A stretch of 64,000 bases of DNA from Octopus vulgaris (Eukaryota): the NCBI GenBank assembly GCA_951406725.2, contig OX597815.1:207452001-207516000 (forward strand), given 5' to 3'. The notes beneath the pieces were generated by a model, which was not told the DNA's origin, did no database searches, and saw nothing but the letters and a program-made list of their open reading frames with translations. Position 1 is the first letter of the stretch. Each line of letters starts with the position of its first letter. Positions 1-13,091 of this stretch are shown one piece after another. The position numbers and the translations under genes were made by a program.

Positions 1-732
1 GTTCATGTTAAGTTATTCAGTAAATACTGTCATGTCATAAATTTGTTAAACAATCCAACCACTACCGGTTATGGTATCAGATTGTTATCATTATTCTTCT
101 TAGCAATTTACACTTAGATATTCCAGTCAAAAATTGGATATTGAGAGTAGTTGCTTTTTTTCAATTATAATATAAAATGGTGGGTGAATATACCATAAAA
201 TTCGCGTTGTTTTTCTTATTTCTAATGAGGGACACTAAACTAAAGAGTAAGGAACACGCGTTAACTATAACATTTAGGTACAGAATGAAACGTTTGAAGA
301 ACGAGGCTCTCATCAATCATATTATTAAAACCGTCGAAATATTAAAGAAGGGGGGAAAAAACAAGAAATAAAGATAGAGATAGGGAGAGAAGGAAAATTA
401 TCTATATGCGAGTGTACATGTGTTTGTGTGTGTGTGAGTCATAAAAAAAGAGGGTGCAAACTTACAAAACAATCACCCAGTGCTTAATCGCACCCGGCAT
501 CCTAAGGTCAGAAAAGAAAACATCCAGCATTTTATAATAAATACATTTTTAGAAAATAAACAAAAAAATGTCAAGTAAAATAAAATAACCAAAGAAATAC
601 AGTAAGCTTTAACTATTTGGTAATCATATGTATGTATATCAAAAATTAAAATAATGTTTCGCATCCATGATATGTTTTATTGCCAATAATAATAATAATA
701 ATAATTAATATTATTATTATTATTATTATTAC

Positions 733-766
<34 letters not shown>

Positions 767-785
767 GTTATTATTATTAATATTG

Positions 786-814
<29 letters not shown>

Positions 815-820
<6 letters not shown>

Positions 821-1306
821 TAGTTTTATTTTTATAGCGTGCTTTCACTTCACTACCGAGCGCAGCTCTGTGTGCCTTGGGTATGTGCTGTGGTTTGGTT
901 TGATGTTCTTATGGTTACTGTATTGAAAGAGTTTTGCATAGGATGTGCGCAGTGCCAAGTAGTGCAATTTTCTGTATGTTATATATATTTGTAAGTCCTG
1001 GTGTTTTTGTTATGTATTTGTCTGAATGTTTTTTTTATCATACGTAATGCGCCTCCTATGATAGGAATTGTTTCTGTTTTCAGATTCCACATTCGAGTTA
1101 ACTCTATTTCCAGGTCTTTGTATTTTGAAAGTTTCTCCATTTCTTTTAGAGAAACGTTATCATCTGCTGGTATTGATACATCAATTAGAAAGCATTTTTT
1201 TCTTCATGATCTCTGACAACTATATTAGGCATATTGGCCTTAATTTCTCTATCTCTGCGTTTTGGCATATCCCAGAATATGGTGGCTTTCTCGTTTTCTG
1301 TGACCC

Positions 1307-1310
<4 letters not shown>
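815..1310 (-). mobile_element. 5'-truncated R4/Dong-like non-LTR retrotransposon 3' end (restriction-like endonuclease domain) embedded in (TAA)n
   Basis: The minus strand translates with 2 frameshifts in A-runs to KRVTENEKATIFWDMPKRRDREIKANMPNIVVRDHEEK/CFLIDVSIPADDNVSLKEMEKLSKYKDLEIELTRMWNLKTETIPIIGGALRMIK/HSDKYITKTPGLTNIYNIQKIALLGTAHILCKTLSIQ* (stop 915-917). This fits the RLE pattern (R)PD-x-ID-x-K-x-KY. TAA/ATT repeats flank both sides (~686-815, 1311-1345). Confidence 0.85.
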
Positions 1311-1346
<36 letters not shown>

Positions 1347-1447
1347 GTGTGAGAGAGCAGTTCATATTATTATTATTATTATCATTATCATTATTATTAT
1401 TGTCATATACTCATTAATTTCCACACACGTATATATGTGTTTGTTTA

Positions 1448-1509
<62 letters not shown>

Positions 1510-2493
1510 AGAGAGAGATTATTGTGTAGAAATAGAAATAGAAATAGAAATACATATAAAGGAACATACAGTCATAATATGTATAAATAAATATATTTAT
1601 ATATTAATAAATCTGCTCATCTATGTATAAATACATTTATGTGTGTGAGTGTTTGAGTATGTAATTAGTGAACTCCCAAATGAAACCAGAGAGTGAATTA
1701 AAGCTGCTTCTGATCGTATTTCAGAATAAATGTATATGTTGATGGTAGCGAACTTTAAATGCATTAGCAATAAAACTTATGTATTACTCACTGAGATTTG
1801 TTGATTGTACACTGTATCGTTTGATACTCTGTATCCTTTGCAAAACAATTAGAAGTCAAATGACAATTAATTGGAATAGAATAATTACGGTTAATGAGTG
1901 TATTTTAGTGTAGCAGCCTATGAAATTGTGATAGTGGAGTTGTTAATAATTCTATAATGCTCACGTTGTGGTTGAAAATATTTTCCTTTTATTTTCAGAA
2001 AAGGGATGTTTTGTTTTGGATGTTTTTGTTCTAAGTCGTAGGACGATTGAGCCATTAAATGTTTCTACTCTAATAACACAGCGAAAATTATTTGTTAGTC
2101 AGCTTAATATAGTGAATTTTAAAACCGCTTTTATAAAGATTTATATTGCAGTAACTACAAGATTCATTAAACATTTGTTCATTGGAAGAAAATGTGTTTT
2201 TACGAAACTGAGTGTATCTGTTAGACAGTTTAATGGTGTTTCGTTAGGTTTTTCTTTAGAATATAAATCCGTTGAGAGATTCAGGATTGCATCTAAAAAC
2301 ATATCAACGAACGTATTGTTCGTATGAATGGTACTAAAACTTAGATAAACTTAGATATGTTTCGACCAAAGATTGGTCCAGGCCATGTCTAACTTAATAG
2401 CACCACCTGATTAAGACAAAATAGTTTGTAAAATTTATCCGTAAGCTGAGGGTATTACACACGCATATACGTATGAACACAAATCTTTCTATG

Positions 2494-2547
<54 letters not shown>

Positions 2548-2857
2548 AGTTGAATTTTGTTGAACATTGCATCAATAAGGCAAGTATGATACAGTTTTTT
2601 TATCTATCTATCTATATATATAATTAATATAATTTAGTAATTTACAGGCCATCTGATTTCGATCTTCGAGCTTCATCGGTGTAAAAGATAAAATGGTAGT
2701 ATTCTAATCCAAACACATAACTTGGTGAATCGTTTCATTTTCAGTGATAATAGTTAAGCAGTGATAGTATTTTCAATTTATATATTTCAGAGGTACTACT
2801 GGTGTGTATGTATATATATATATATATATATAATATATATATATATATATCTTTCAA

Positions 2858-3110
2858 TGTAATATGTGACAATTATTCGGTAGCAATGATAAAACTCCGA
2901 GTTTCGGATCTAGGGGTTGGAAATCCACGCTGCCATCTCTTCAATTATCCGGTCATCGGAAAAAAAATGTTATGAGAAACCCTATGATTTTTCAAAGGAT
3001 TTTTCATAGCATTTTTTCCGGATAACTGAAGAGATGGCGGCGTGGATTTCCACCCCGACATCCGAAACTCGGAGTTTTATCATGGCTGCCGAATAATTGC
3101 CCCATTTACA
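2858..3110. repeat. ~250-bp fold-back palindrome with hammerhead-like motifs, probable Penelope-like element termini
   Basis: The arm at ~2858-2983 is an imperfect reverse complement of ~2997-3110, and the region lies between (TA)n tracts. The right arm carries CTGAAGA...GAAA. Confidence 0.7.
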
Positions 3111-3176
3111 GATAATTTCCTCTATTTACATAATATCGAGGTATCTTTCATTCTTTTGTTGTCTGACCATTTCTAT

Positions 3177-3214
<38 letters not shown>

Positions 3215-3319
3215 TGGTTTGGACATTTCGACTGATCTTTCTAGTATGTCAGGCAACCTGTTAAGGCTCGCCTCTTTGTGCTTAAATGTACACTAATTTA
3301 TATATATATATATATATAA

Positions 3320-3370
<51 letters not shown>

Positions 3371-3724
3371 TAGTGATATGTTATACTTTTCTATGTATCC
3401 TACCCCATAGCATATCGGTTGAATATAACATGGAATATATCATATATGAGTTGCATGCTTGGTTTAGATTATCTAGGAAGTATCACTTATTATTAAATAC
3501 GCACTGTAACACGAAATATTTTTTGAATGCAGCATAAATTTACTTTAGCAATAATTATTTCTGTGTAGTATATAACAACATTGTTCTAATATAAATGAGT
3601 AGTTTACGGCTAGTTGCATTTATAATGCCGGTTAGGGCATCATATGATATGATATAATTCAATAATGATATAGAATGTAGTAAAATATAATATAAGAATG
3701 ATATAAAATGTAATAATTAGCTTA

Positions 3725-4665
3725 TTGTTATTATATTGTGATATAAAGGCGGTGAGCTGGCAGAATCGTTAGCACGCCGGGCGAAATGCTTAGCGGTATT
3801 TCGCTACGTTCTGAGTTCAAATTCTGCCAAGGTCGAATTTGCCTTTCATCTTTTCAAGGTCGATAAATTAAGTACCAGTTATGCACTGGAGTCGATGTAA
3901 TCTACTAATTCCCTTCCCAAAAAAATTTTGAAGGCTTTTGGGCCTAAAGTAAAAATAATTATTATATTGTGGTATAAATGCGGTGAGCTGGCAGAATCGT
4001 TAGCACCCCGGGTGAAATGCTTAGTAGTATTTCGCCTGCTGCTACGCTCTGAGTTCAAATTCCGCCGACGCTGACTTTGTCTTACATCCTTTCTGGGTCA
4101 ATGAAATTAGTACCGGTTACGCACTGGGGTCGATATACTCGACTAGATCCCCTACCCCGCCAAAATTTCAAAGCCTTATGCCTAGAGTAGAAATAATTAC
4201 TATATTGTGATATCTAGGGCAGTGAGGATAGGGAGCTAGCAGAATAGTTAGCACACTGAGCAAAATTCTTTGCAGTATTTCGTCCGAGTTCAAAATCCGC
4301 CGATGTCGACTTTGCCTTTCACCCTGTCGAAGTCGATAACATAAGTACCAGTTGAGTACTGAGGTGGATGTAATTGACTTACCACTTACCTGAAATTGTT
4401 AGCCTTGGGCCAAAATTTGAAATCGGCTTTTAAGGTAGTGTATTGACAGAATCATTAACCTGCTGGGAAAAATGCTTAGCGGCTTTTCTTCCGGCTTTAC
4501 ATTCTGAGTTCAAATGCCACCGAGTTTGACTTTGCCTTTCATCCTTTCAAAATCGATAAAATTAGTACCAGTTTAACATTGGGGTCAATGTGATCGAATA
4601 ACACCTCTCCATGAAATGTCAGGCCTTGTGCCTATAGTAGAAAGAATTATTTTATTGGGATATAA
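3725..4665 (+). mobile_element. Tandem array of four diverged SINE family A copies
   Basis: Repeated AGGCGGTGAGCTGGCAGAATCGTTAGC...GAGTTCAAAT (B-box-like)...GCCTTTCATCCTTT...GTCGATAAA..AAGTACCAG, with TTATATTGTGRTATA-like spacers between most copies. Confidence 0.85.
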
Positions 4666-5214
4666 GAGAAGAAAAGATAATATATTGCAGCTGAGATGCT
4701 TTTCTCGGTAGCAATAGAAACTGAAATTATGGCAACTGAGAACTTGGTCATAAAACTCCCCTTATTATGATTTAGCGTCTTCTACGACACTCTGCCTTAG
4801 TTATTGTATATAAGAATATCTAACATCAGCGACAATCTTCAATGTATGAGAGTAATAATGTTAAGCAGCATTTATGCTTTTCTCAAAGGATTTATGAATG
4901 ATGGTAAAATGAAATCACTTCAGTCAAAATTATTAACCATTTCGAATTCAGAGCATCGATAGCTTAGCAATCCTAATCATAAAGTAATATTATGCAGTTA
5001 TTAAAAATATATTAGAGAAAGATGTCTTATTACCATAACGTTCAACATTCATTCGAAAGGCATATATTTTATCCTCTTACCTGAAACTCATTGCATTTTA
5101 TCATGGTCTTGGAAATTACTTTTTTAAAATGCTTTATTAATCAAACTTCCTTTCTTACAGCGTGGATAACCCAACTTTCATCGTGAGGATTGGCAAAGTA
5201 CACTATCAGTATAT

Positions 5215-5287
5215 CTATCTTTCAGGCAATTTCTATCTTTCAGGCGATTTCTATCTTTCAGGTGATTTCTATCTTTCAGGCGACTTT
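5215..5287 (+). repeat. 18-bp minisatellite x4 (CTATCTTTCAGGCGATTT)
   Basis: Four tandem near-identical units read directly. Confidence 0.9.
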
Positions 5288-5575
5288 GTGAACATGTTTA
5301 ACTTTTTAAAACATTCCTTTTATTAATTAATCTATTCCTCCTACAGCTGTAATAATTAATACCATGAAATCTTCCGTGATCTTGTCTTATAGTTGATGTC
5401 ATTAATAAAGTCTCTGTGTCATTATTGAATTCGCCACATTGTACTTCAAGGCTTAAATATCATGAATAATACTGGATGTATTATTCATGATATGTATTTT
5501 CTAGTACCACTCCAAAAGGTATTTTGTCGCCACAATGTTAGCTATCAATATTAGCTAATTCATTAATGTATGCTT

Positions 5576-5937
5576 AAGCAAGAGCACTCAGAGAGCACAA
5601 ACCTCTGCCAAGGCAACACCAATGTCCTCTCAACGATTAACCAGAGATGATTTTTAAAATGAGAATATCTAAAATAAACTCGACTGCTCTCACAAACGAG
5701 AATGCTAAAATTGAACCCGACCGCTCTCAAAAATTAAGTAAAAAAAAATACAGGATAAATAATCCCGAATCCTTGTCTGATACCAGATCGATCTCAAAAT
5801 CTAATCTGTTACGAGCTCGAACATCCCTGAAAGTTTCAGCCGAATCCATCGAGCGGTTCTTGAGATATCTTGTCCACTGACAAACAAACAAACACGACTG
5901 AAAACAATACCTCTGCCTTCGCTAAGGCGGAGATAAT
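5576..5937. mobile_element. HINE/DINE-1-like (Helentron-associated) non-autonomous element
   Basis: CAAGAGCACTCAGAGAGCACAAACCTCTGCCAAGG at one end. The other end has an (ACAA)n microsatellite followed by the hairpin TACCTCTGCCTT-CGCT-AAGGCGGAGATA. The ACCTCTGCC motif occurs at both ends. Confidence 0.65.
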
Positions 5938-6633
5938 AAATTATCATATATTATGGGATATTGATAAAAAGTTACGTCAGTACTGAGTATATTTTAAGGT
6001 AAGTAAACTCTGTATATGTTTAAAGATGCATATTATTAATTTCAGTAAGATTTCACGATATTAAGTTATGTTTGTGTGCGCTTAGTAACATATTCTACAA
6101 ATCTCAAAATAGTTAAGTTATACTTTATAAAGAAATTATGAGAAAGCTACAAGAAAGCGTAATCAGTCAGAATTGGGTTCGACTTTCAGGTCCATTTTGC
6201 ATGAAGACAGCTAAAGTTTTCTTTCCAAAGAAATTTAGTTGTGTCTACTAATCAAGTAATTGTTTCAGACATTAAAATGAACACCGTCAAAACCGGTTTG
6301 AAATGTAACGTGTTCTGTTTTCCCATTTTTTAGGAGAAAATATAATTATGACACCCAACACCATTTGGCAGATGAGATTCGATTTCATAGTAGCATAAAA
6401 ACATATACAAATACTAGAATATATTCTAATATTACCACATACCACTTAACCACAACATACTGTAAATACCCGAACTCCAGTTTTTTTTTACTTCTGAAGT
6501 TGTAACATTTATTATGGTGTAAAAAATACACTAAATAGATTACTATTGACTAAGTAGAAATCATAAAATTGTTCCACTTTCGTTTGTAGTACATAAATAC
6601 ACAGTTAGTAACATAAAGTGACACGCACAAAGA

Positions 6634-6664
<31 letters not shown>

Positions 6665-7309
6665 AAGAGAGAGTGTGTGTATGCATGTGTGTGTGTGTAC
6701 GGCATCTTGAGATAATTTGTGGAAGAATGAAGTCTAAGAATCCGGTAAGCATTATTCTATCATATAGTTTCTGGTATGTTGAAATCCATTTCGAAACAAA
6801 ATATAATTTAGAACCTGATCTCCTTTCAGAAGTTCCTTCGAATCATATATCAGCAACACTTCTTAAACGGTTTTATCACCCTCATGTATTATTATTACAT
6901 ATTCCATATTGAGTCAAATAAACGTTTATTCCTATCAAATAAATTGAAAATTAATTGCAACATATCAAACCAATTAGAAGATTCGTTTTATCGCTAAGAT
7001 TCGCATTCGTAGAAGTACATCCTCCGCAGTAGTCAGATTACACGCATAGTTGTTTTAACGCATACATAAATGTTATAGTTTGTTTCACAGCCAAATAAAA
7101 TATTCCTGTGCAACGATGTTCATTTCTTTACTTGAAACTTTACCAACTAATATGAGCGAAAAACATTTTCGTATTTAACGTACATTAACCGTACGTACTC
7201 AGCGCATTACATAATTTTATCTTCATTTACTAAAATAATGAATGGAGATAGGGACATGTATGTATGTATGTATGCATGTATGTATATATATGTATGTATG
7301 TATAATATT

Positions 7310-8300
7310 GGCATTCATGACATACCATTAGGTTTCTGCAAGACACGCATCGAATGGCAATTTTGTAATATAGTATACAATTGGAAGCCAATGGAAAACT
7401 GAACTAAGGCTTGATATATTCTCGAATTCTCAAAGAAGAGTAATTGTGGCATAGCTAAAAATTACAGGGTAGTCTTTACAGTTACAGCAGCAAAAATGTC
7501 TTAGAAATCTGTTTAAAAATTGTTGCTGAAATTCTATACATCCAAAAGTCTTTCGGAAAAAGAACAGGTTCAGGCAAAGTTGGAGTCTACCTATTGTTAG
7601 ACAAATCTTTACAATCCGAAGGATCATTTAGGGAGTCAGGAATAAAAATCTGCGAACAGTTTCAATCGTTCTCCACTCTGACCAATGAGGTCAAACGAAG
7701 CAAATTCTTATATACACAGTACATCAAGAAGTAATAACAGCAGTAATGATGTCCTACAAGAATACAAGAGCTAAAATACTATCACCTGATAGACACACCG
7801 ACTTTCTCTACATCACTGTAAGCATACCATATTCCTATCTGTCGTCTGCTTGGACTATGTTCCTCACATTTCGTATGAAGATGAAAGAGCTCGGCTTCAT
7901 CTAACAACGATCACCTCCTCTTGTTGCCCAGCTAAAATAAATAACAGATGATATCGTTCTCTTTGCTGACACCATCTCAGAAGATTGCATCATTCTACAT
8001 GAACTTTAAAAAATGGTAACAGGTACTGTTCTGAATAGTAATGATTTAAAGTTTGAATACGTCTACTACAATCAAGCGGCGCATTTGTACGTTTCGCGCC
8101 GTTCTAGATAATCTCGTAGAAAAAGCTTCGAACCACACAAAAAGAGTATGGTAGACTCTTGCAAGTATTCGTGCCGATTAGATAGAAAGATACATGTGTT
8201 TTCCGGGACATTGCTGAAAAGCCAAGCAAAAATTCAAGCGATGCATTTCTGTAGACACTCAACATGGATACACCACTTCTTTACGTACATAGCTTACTGA
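7310..8300 (+). pseudogene. Highly degenerate RTE-clade LINE reverse transcriptase remnant
   Basis: Colinear broken motifs: QFCNIVYN, KK..GIAKNYR, QIFTIRRII*GVRNKNL, VITAVMMSYKNTRAKILSPDRHTDF, CLDYV, DDIVLFADTI, FEYVYYNQ. Confidence 0.8.
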
Positions 8301-9061
8301 CCTTTCGCATAGCATCGTTATTGATGGAGCGATTGCATCAGACAAATCCAAAGAAACTCAACCTGATGGCGATCAATATTAAACAAGTTGACAAGTGGAT
8401 TGATAAAATAAGTCTTATCAAATGATGCAATTTATCACTATCAAACACAAAATATAGACAAGTTTAGCTAAATAATATCTAAAGTATACTTCTTTTGATA
8501 AGATGTTGCCAAATTGATTCTACTAAATTGTATTCTAATTATATATAACTTTTTTCTTCTGAATCACCTACCACACCATTGCTCAGTCTTCGGATTAACT
8601 CAGAGAAGTTATATTACAAAACTTTGTACATAATATACATCTTTCTCCTCTTTCTTTGCAGGACTCAGAAGTTTTTGATATTTTCATTGGATTTAATCAA
8701 CAGAAAGTTACAAATTGACTCAAGGGGCAAGGCTTTTGTCGACACATCAGATTGGCTTCGAATCTGAGATCTTGTTACTTTATATAGAGTTAATATTACA
8801 ATTATTTTCAGTGTTCGGTTAAAAATCAAAACTGAAGGGTCACCACAACACATGCATATTTTCAGTATGAAGTTACTTAGAAAGGTTTCTTTTCCATCTC
8901 TTTCCATTGAACTGAAACATTCCAATACTTTTATTTTATAACATTCTTTTTTTTTTTTGTTGGTCTTCATTTTCGTAATATGAAAACACAGGGAAAGAGA
9001 TGTTTTCACTTGATCTGAAAATATTTATTTATAATAATTTATTATCGTTTTTTATTTCCAG

Positions 9062-9183
9062 TTTGCCGGGACAAGTCTCGCTACTGCTCACTGGTGACCT
9101 ACATGAAGATGTGTCGTTATCCTCAGTTCCGCACAGAGTGTTGCCGCTCTTGTCGTAATCACGTTTACTGGAGGTATCGTTGA
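9062..9183 (+). CDS. Terminal coding exon with PLAC domain (ADAMTS / ADAMTS-like / papilin family extracellular protein)
   Basis: Splice acceptor TTTTTTATTTCCAG (AG at 9060-9061), phase 1. Translation: (x)CRDKSRYCSLVTYMKMCRYPQFRTECCRSCRNHVYWRYR*, with TGA at 9181-9183. The six-Cys pattern CxD-x4-C-x8-C-x8-CC-x-SC matches PLAC. No upstream exon was found in the window. Confidence 0.9.
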
Positions 9184-9246
9184 CACCACATTTTGACCTT
9201 GCCACACACATACAGACGTCCGGAGAAAGAGAGAAAAGAAACAAAA

Positions 9247-9372
9247 AATAAATAAAGGAAATAAAATAAAATAAAATAAATATGCAAAGAACAAAACCAA
9301 ACAACAATAACATAGAGAGATAAACGGAAACACGTGTCATAAGAGAAGACGAAATGAAGACATTTAATAAAA
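9247..9372 (+). promoter_or_regulatory. Candidate polyadenylation signals downstream of the PLAC exon
   Basis: Cluster of AATAAA hexamers about 65-190 nt after the stop. The A-rich context makes chance occurrence plausible. Confidence 0.3.
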
Positions 9373-9529
9373 GTAAACACCAAATACGGATTATATGAAA
9401 AATGAAAATAATGAAAAAAATATATATATATATATTTCTAAATTATAAAAATTGAATTTTATGAAAATATCTCGGAAACCACCTCCTTCAGAATTCGAAG
9501 TAACTGTCAACTTTTGTATTTGTATGCGT

Positions 9530-10068
9530 ATGTATGTATATATGTATGTATGTACGCACGTATTAATGTATGGTTGTATATATATATATATATACAAATG
9601 CATATATGAATATATGTAAATATACATACATATATATATATATGTATATATAGATTACACACACACACACACACATATATATACATGTATATATATGTAG
9701 ATTATATATATATATGCATATATATGTGTGTGTGTGTAGATTACATATATATATATACATATGTGTGTAGATTACTTATATATATATATATATATATATG
9801 TAGATTACACACACACGCACACACGCACATATATATACATAGTAGATTACATATATATATGTGTGTGTGTGCGCGTGTGTGTGTGTCTGTAGATTACATA
9901 TATATGTATATATATATATATATATATGTATATGTAGATTTCATATATATGTATATATAGATATATGAATTTATACATATGTATATATATATATATATAT
10001 ATATATGAATTTATACATATGTATATATATATATGTATATATATAAATATATATATGAATTTATACAA

Positions 10069-10133
<65 letters not shown>

Positions 10134-10369
10134 TATATATGAATTTATGCATATGTATATATATATATATATACGTATATTTATAAAGAGACATACATAC
10201 ATACATACACGCTTAAACACATATGTAATTTCGTGTGTGTGTGTGTGTTCGTGTGTTCACACTTGATTTCAAGTACATACATACATTTATGTATGTACAC
10301 AGATATATATACATACATTTATGTATATATGTATATATGTATATATTTATTTAATATATTAGTGTAGGT

Positions 10370-10411
<42 letters not shown>

Positions 10412-10430
10412 GAACATGTATACATATATG
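9530..10430. repeat. Compound (TA)n/(CA)n/(TG)n microsatellite with higher-order units
   Basis: Recurring GTAGATTAC(AT) units (~9650-9945), then ATGAATTTATACA units (~9965-10155), embedded in dinucleotide runs. Confidence 0.9.
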
Positions 10431-11299
10431 AATACATAAAGCAAATATAGATACTGGAAATTGATCTGCTTCAAGTTGGATTGAAAATAAATCGAGAAGC
10501 AAGGTTTCCAGTAGGATATTAAAGATTATAAGAAGACTCATTGTTATCAACTGCAGCATCAGTACCATTGACATTATTGTAGCTGTTATATTTATCTTCA
10601 TCGCCAACATTATCGTTGAAATCATCATTATTGTTGTTGCTCATCATATTCATTGATATCCTCAATCTTTGTTGTTAATGTCTTCCTCCTCATCATCGTC
10701 GCGCCGTCCATGCTTAAGGAAGAATCAGCGAAAGAAAGAAGAAATAAAGGAAAAGGAAAAGAGAGTGATGAAGGGGGAAAACATGATAAGCTACTGCTCA
10801 TGTATGAGGCTAAAATACTGAAATCATTCTCTGGAAGTTAACTCTAGTTCAGGTGCATGATATGAATTACAGATCATCAACAAAGTATCAACGTAAGACC
10901 CAACGAGAAAATAACCGTTATCAAATCAATTTGATTCCATTAACTATGGCAGAAATAATCAGATAAAAATTTTGACTGTTTATATTAATACGGCTCACCA
11001 TGTTACTAGAAATCGTTAGAATTTTAATCAGTTATCAACATGACGTCTCTGAATAATGCAAGTACTTCAGAATGAGCTACATATTCCAATCGGGAATAAA
11101 GTCAAGAAAGCTTTTCGTACGTTATTTGATTCTTATCAAAAGAGCATCCAGTTTCCAAATCGGAGCTGTTAAGGTATGAACTACACTTTGATAGATGCTA
11201 AACAAATAGATGTAACAGCCACTGTTATCTGTTATTGAAAACGTTGGGTATTATGAGGTGTGCGTATGACATTCCCAAGAATAGAATTTTACATGACCT

Positions 11300-11590
11300 C
11301 ATTTTTTTTACATTATGAGGATATCAGATACATCATACATTTGATCCATTCTCACCGAATATATGTCAAGCTTGATAGCTTTACGTATTAATCAGAAAAT
11401 AAAATTGTTTAGCAATCCGTTTAAACTCGATCAACAATGGAACTTTGAACTGCTCTAAACTCATAAGCAGCGCTAGTAATAAAAAAAATAATATCATTGA
11501 GAAAATAATCATATGCAAGTACGACAGAAGCATTAGAAATCAAACAGTAAAAACAATGGCATTTAAGAAAGTACCCACTGTAATTTCATG
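11300..11590 (+). pseudogene. Possible very degenerate Penelope GIY-YIG endonuclease remnant
   Basis: ACAGAAGCATTAGAAATCAAA = TEALEIK (~11525-11545) resembles the EALEI motif of PLE GIY-YIG domains. There is little other support. Confidence 0.25.
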
Positions 11591-12841
11591 TTGCACTCAA
11601 ACCAACTAATAATAATAATAATAAAGATAATAATAATAATATTAATGATAATAATAATAATAATAATAATAATAAAGAGCATGAACACTACACAATACAC
11701 AAGGCAACTGTTTCAAAAATATTTTGGCATAAAAGTGATGTGGATTTCTGTACTAGAAGCAACAAGAAGAATTAAACCAACACGAAACAACTGTAGCAAT
11801 AGCAATTTCACCAACTGTAGTAATAACAGCAATGAGAAACGTCACTCTAGCAGCATCACTAACCAATGCAACAGTTAAATTCTTTAAGAAAAATTTTAGA
11901 AATTTTCTAATAAAAACTAGGTTATGTTTTATTGTTCCAAATATTGTTGCTGTTTTTATTGTTTTTTTTTTATTAATTTTTTTTATCATGAACATACTCT
12001 TCGTAACATGTTTCAACAATTTCATTAATTCAAATCGTAAGAAAATTCACTTTACGATCTGTTTTGGGGATAAGGAATGATTTGAAGAGCAAAGAACACA
12101 AAAAAAATTAATTCATGAAGAATCGAATTTCAGAGCTGAAGGAACTCATATAATTATCATGTACATACGAACACTCCTGATCTTTTCTTAAAGAGATATC
12201 TGCTAGCTCAGTTTATATCTCCCACAATTTACACTACTAAATCCAAAAGATAAACAACTAAACCATTATCATTTAATATTCGACTACTAACGCTTGTTTA
12301 CGTCAAAGGCTTGAAATTATCACTTCACTTTTCCTTCTTATAAAATATATTTCGATATGGAGACAGAACAAATATTGTAACTATTAGAACTCATGGTGTT
12401 TATTTATTATTGATAATATTTTACTATTTTTTTCTTTGTCTTCTCTCTCGTTGACTGACTTCTCCGAAATATTGCAATAGATAAAGTTTTTAAACTAAAA
12501 GAAACTTAAGAATATAAATGGTGGTATTCGTGATGATGTATTAAATATCCACTGTATTGTAGAAGCTTATTTTATCGAACTGCATAACACACAAACTACA
12601 ATATTATTCATGGTAAGATGTCGTTAAAACGATTCCTTTTCCGACAGTATAACTGTTCTTTATATACATATATATATATCCATAATTTCGTTTAAATATT
12701 ATAAAAGGAACTGCTTATGAAGCGGAATAAATAAGATGGAAGAAGCAATTCATAAATATACCTTTACACATGTGTGTAGGTGTGTATGTATATATGTACA
12801 TACATATATGTGTGTACGTGCACGCACTTTACATATATATG

Positions 12842-12884
<43 letters not shown>

Positions 12885-13044
12885 TTTATATGTGAGTATT
12901 TATATATACATCTATATATGTATTATATGCATATATATATATATATATTTATGTATGTAATCATATATATATATAATTCATATGTGAATATTTATATATA
13001 CATATAGATTTGCATTATATACATATGTATGTATATTGATGGGT

Positions 13045-13091
<47 letters not shown>

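Noticed and set aside
9029-9340. Minus-strand ORFs (103, 81 and 72 aa) overlapping the PLAC exon
   Set aside because: These are antisense shadows. The + strand has the splice acceptor, a recognisable domain and the stop.
9391-10628. Many [14 protein letters not shown] ORFs here and throughout the window
   Set aside because: They are translations of (TA)n/(CA)n microsatellites, which lack stops. There is no coding signal.
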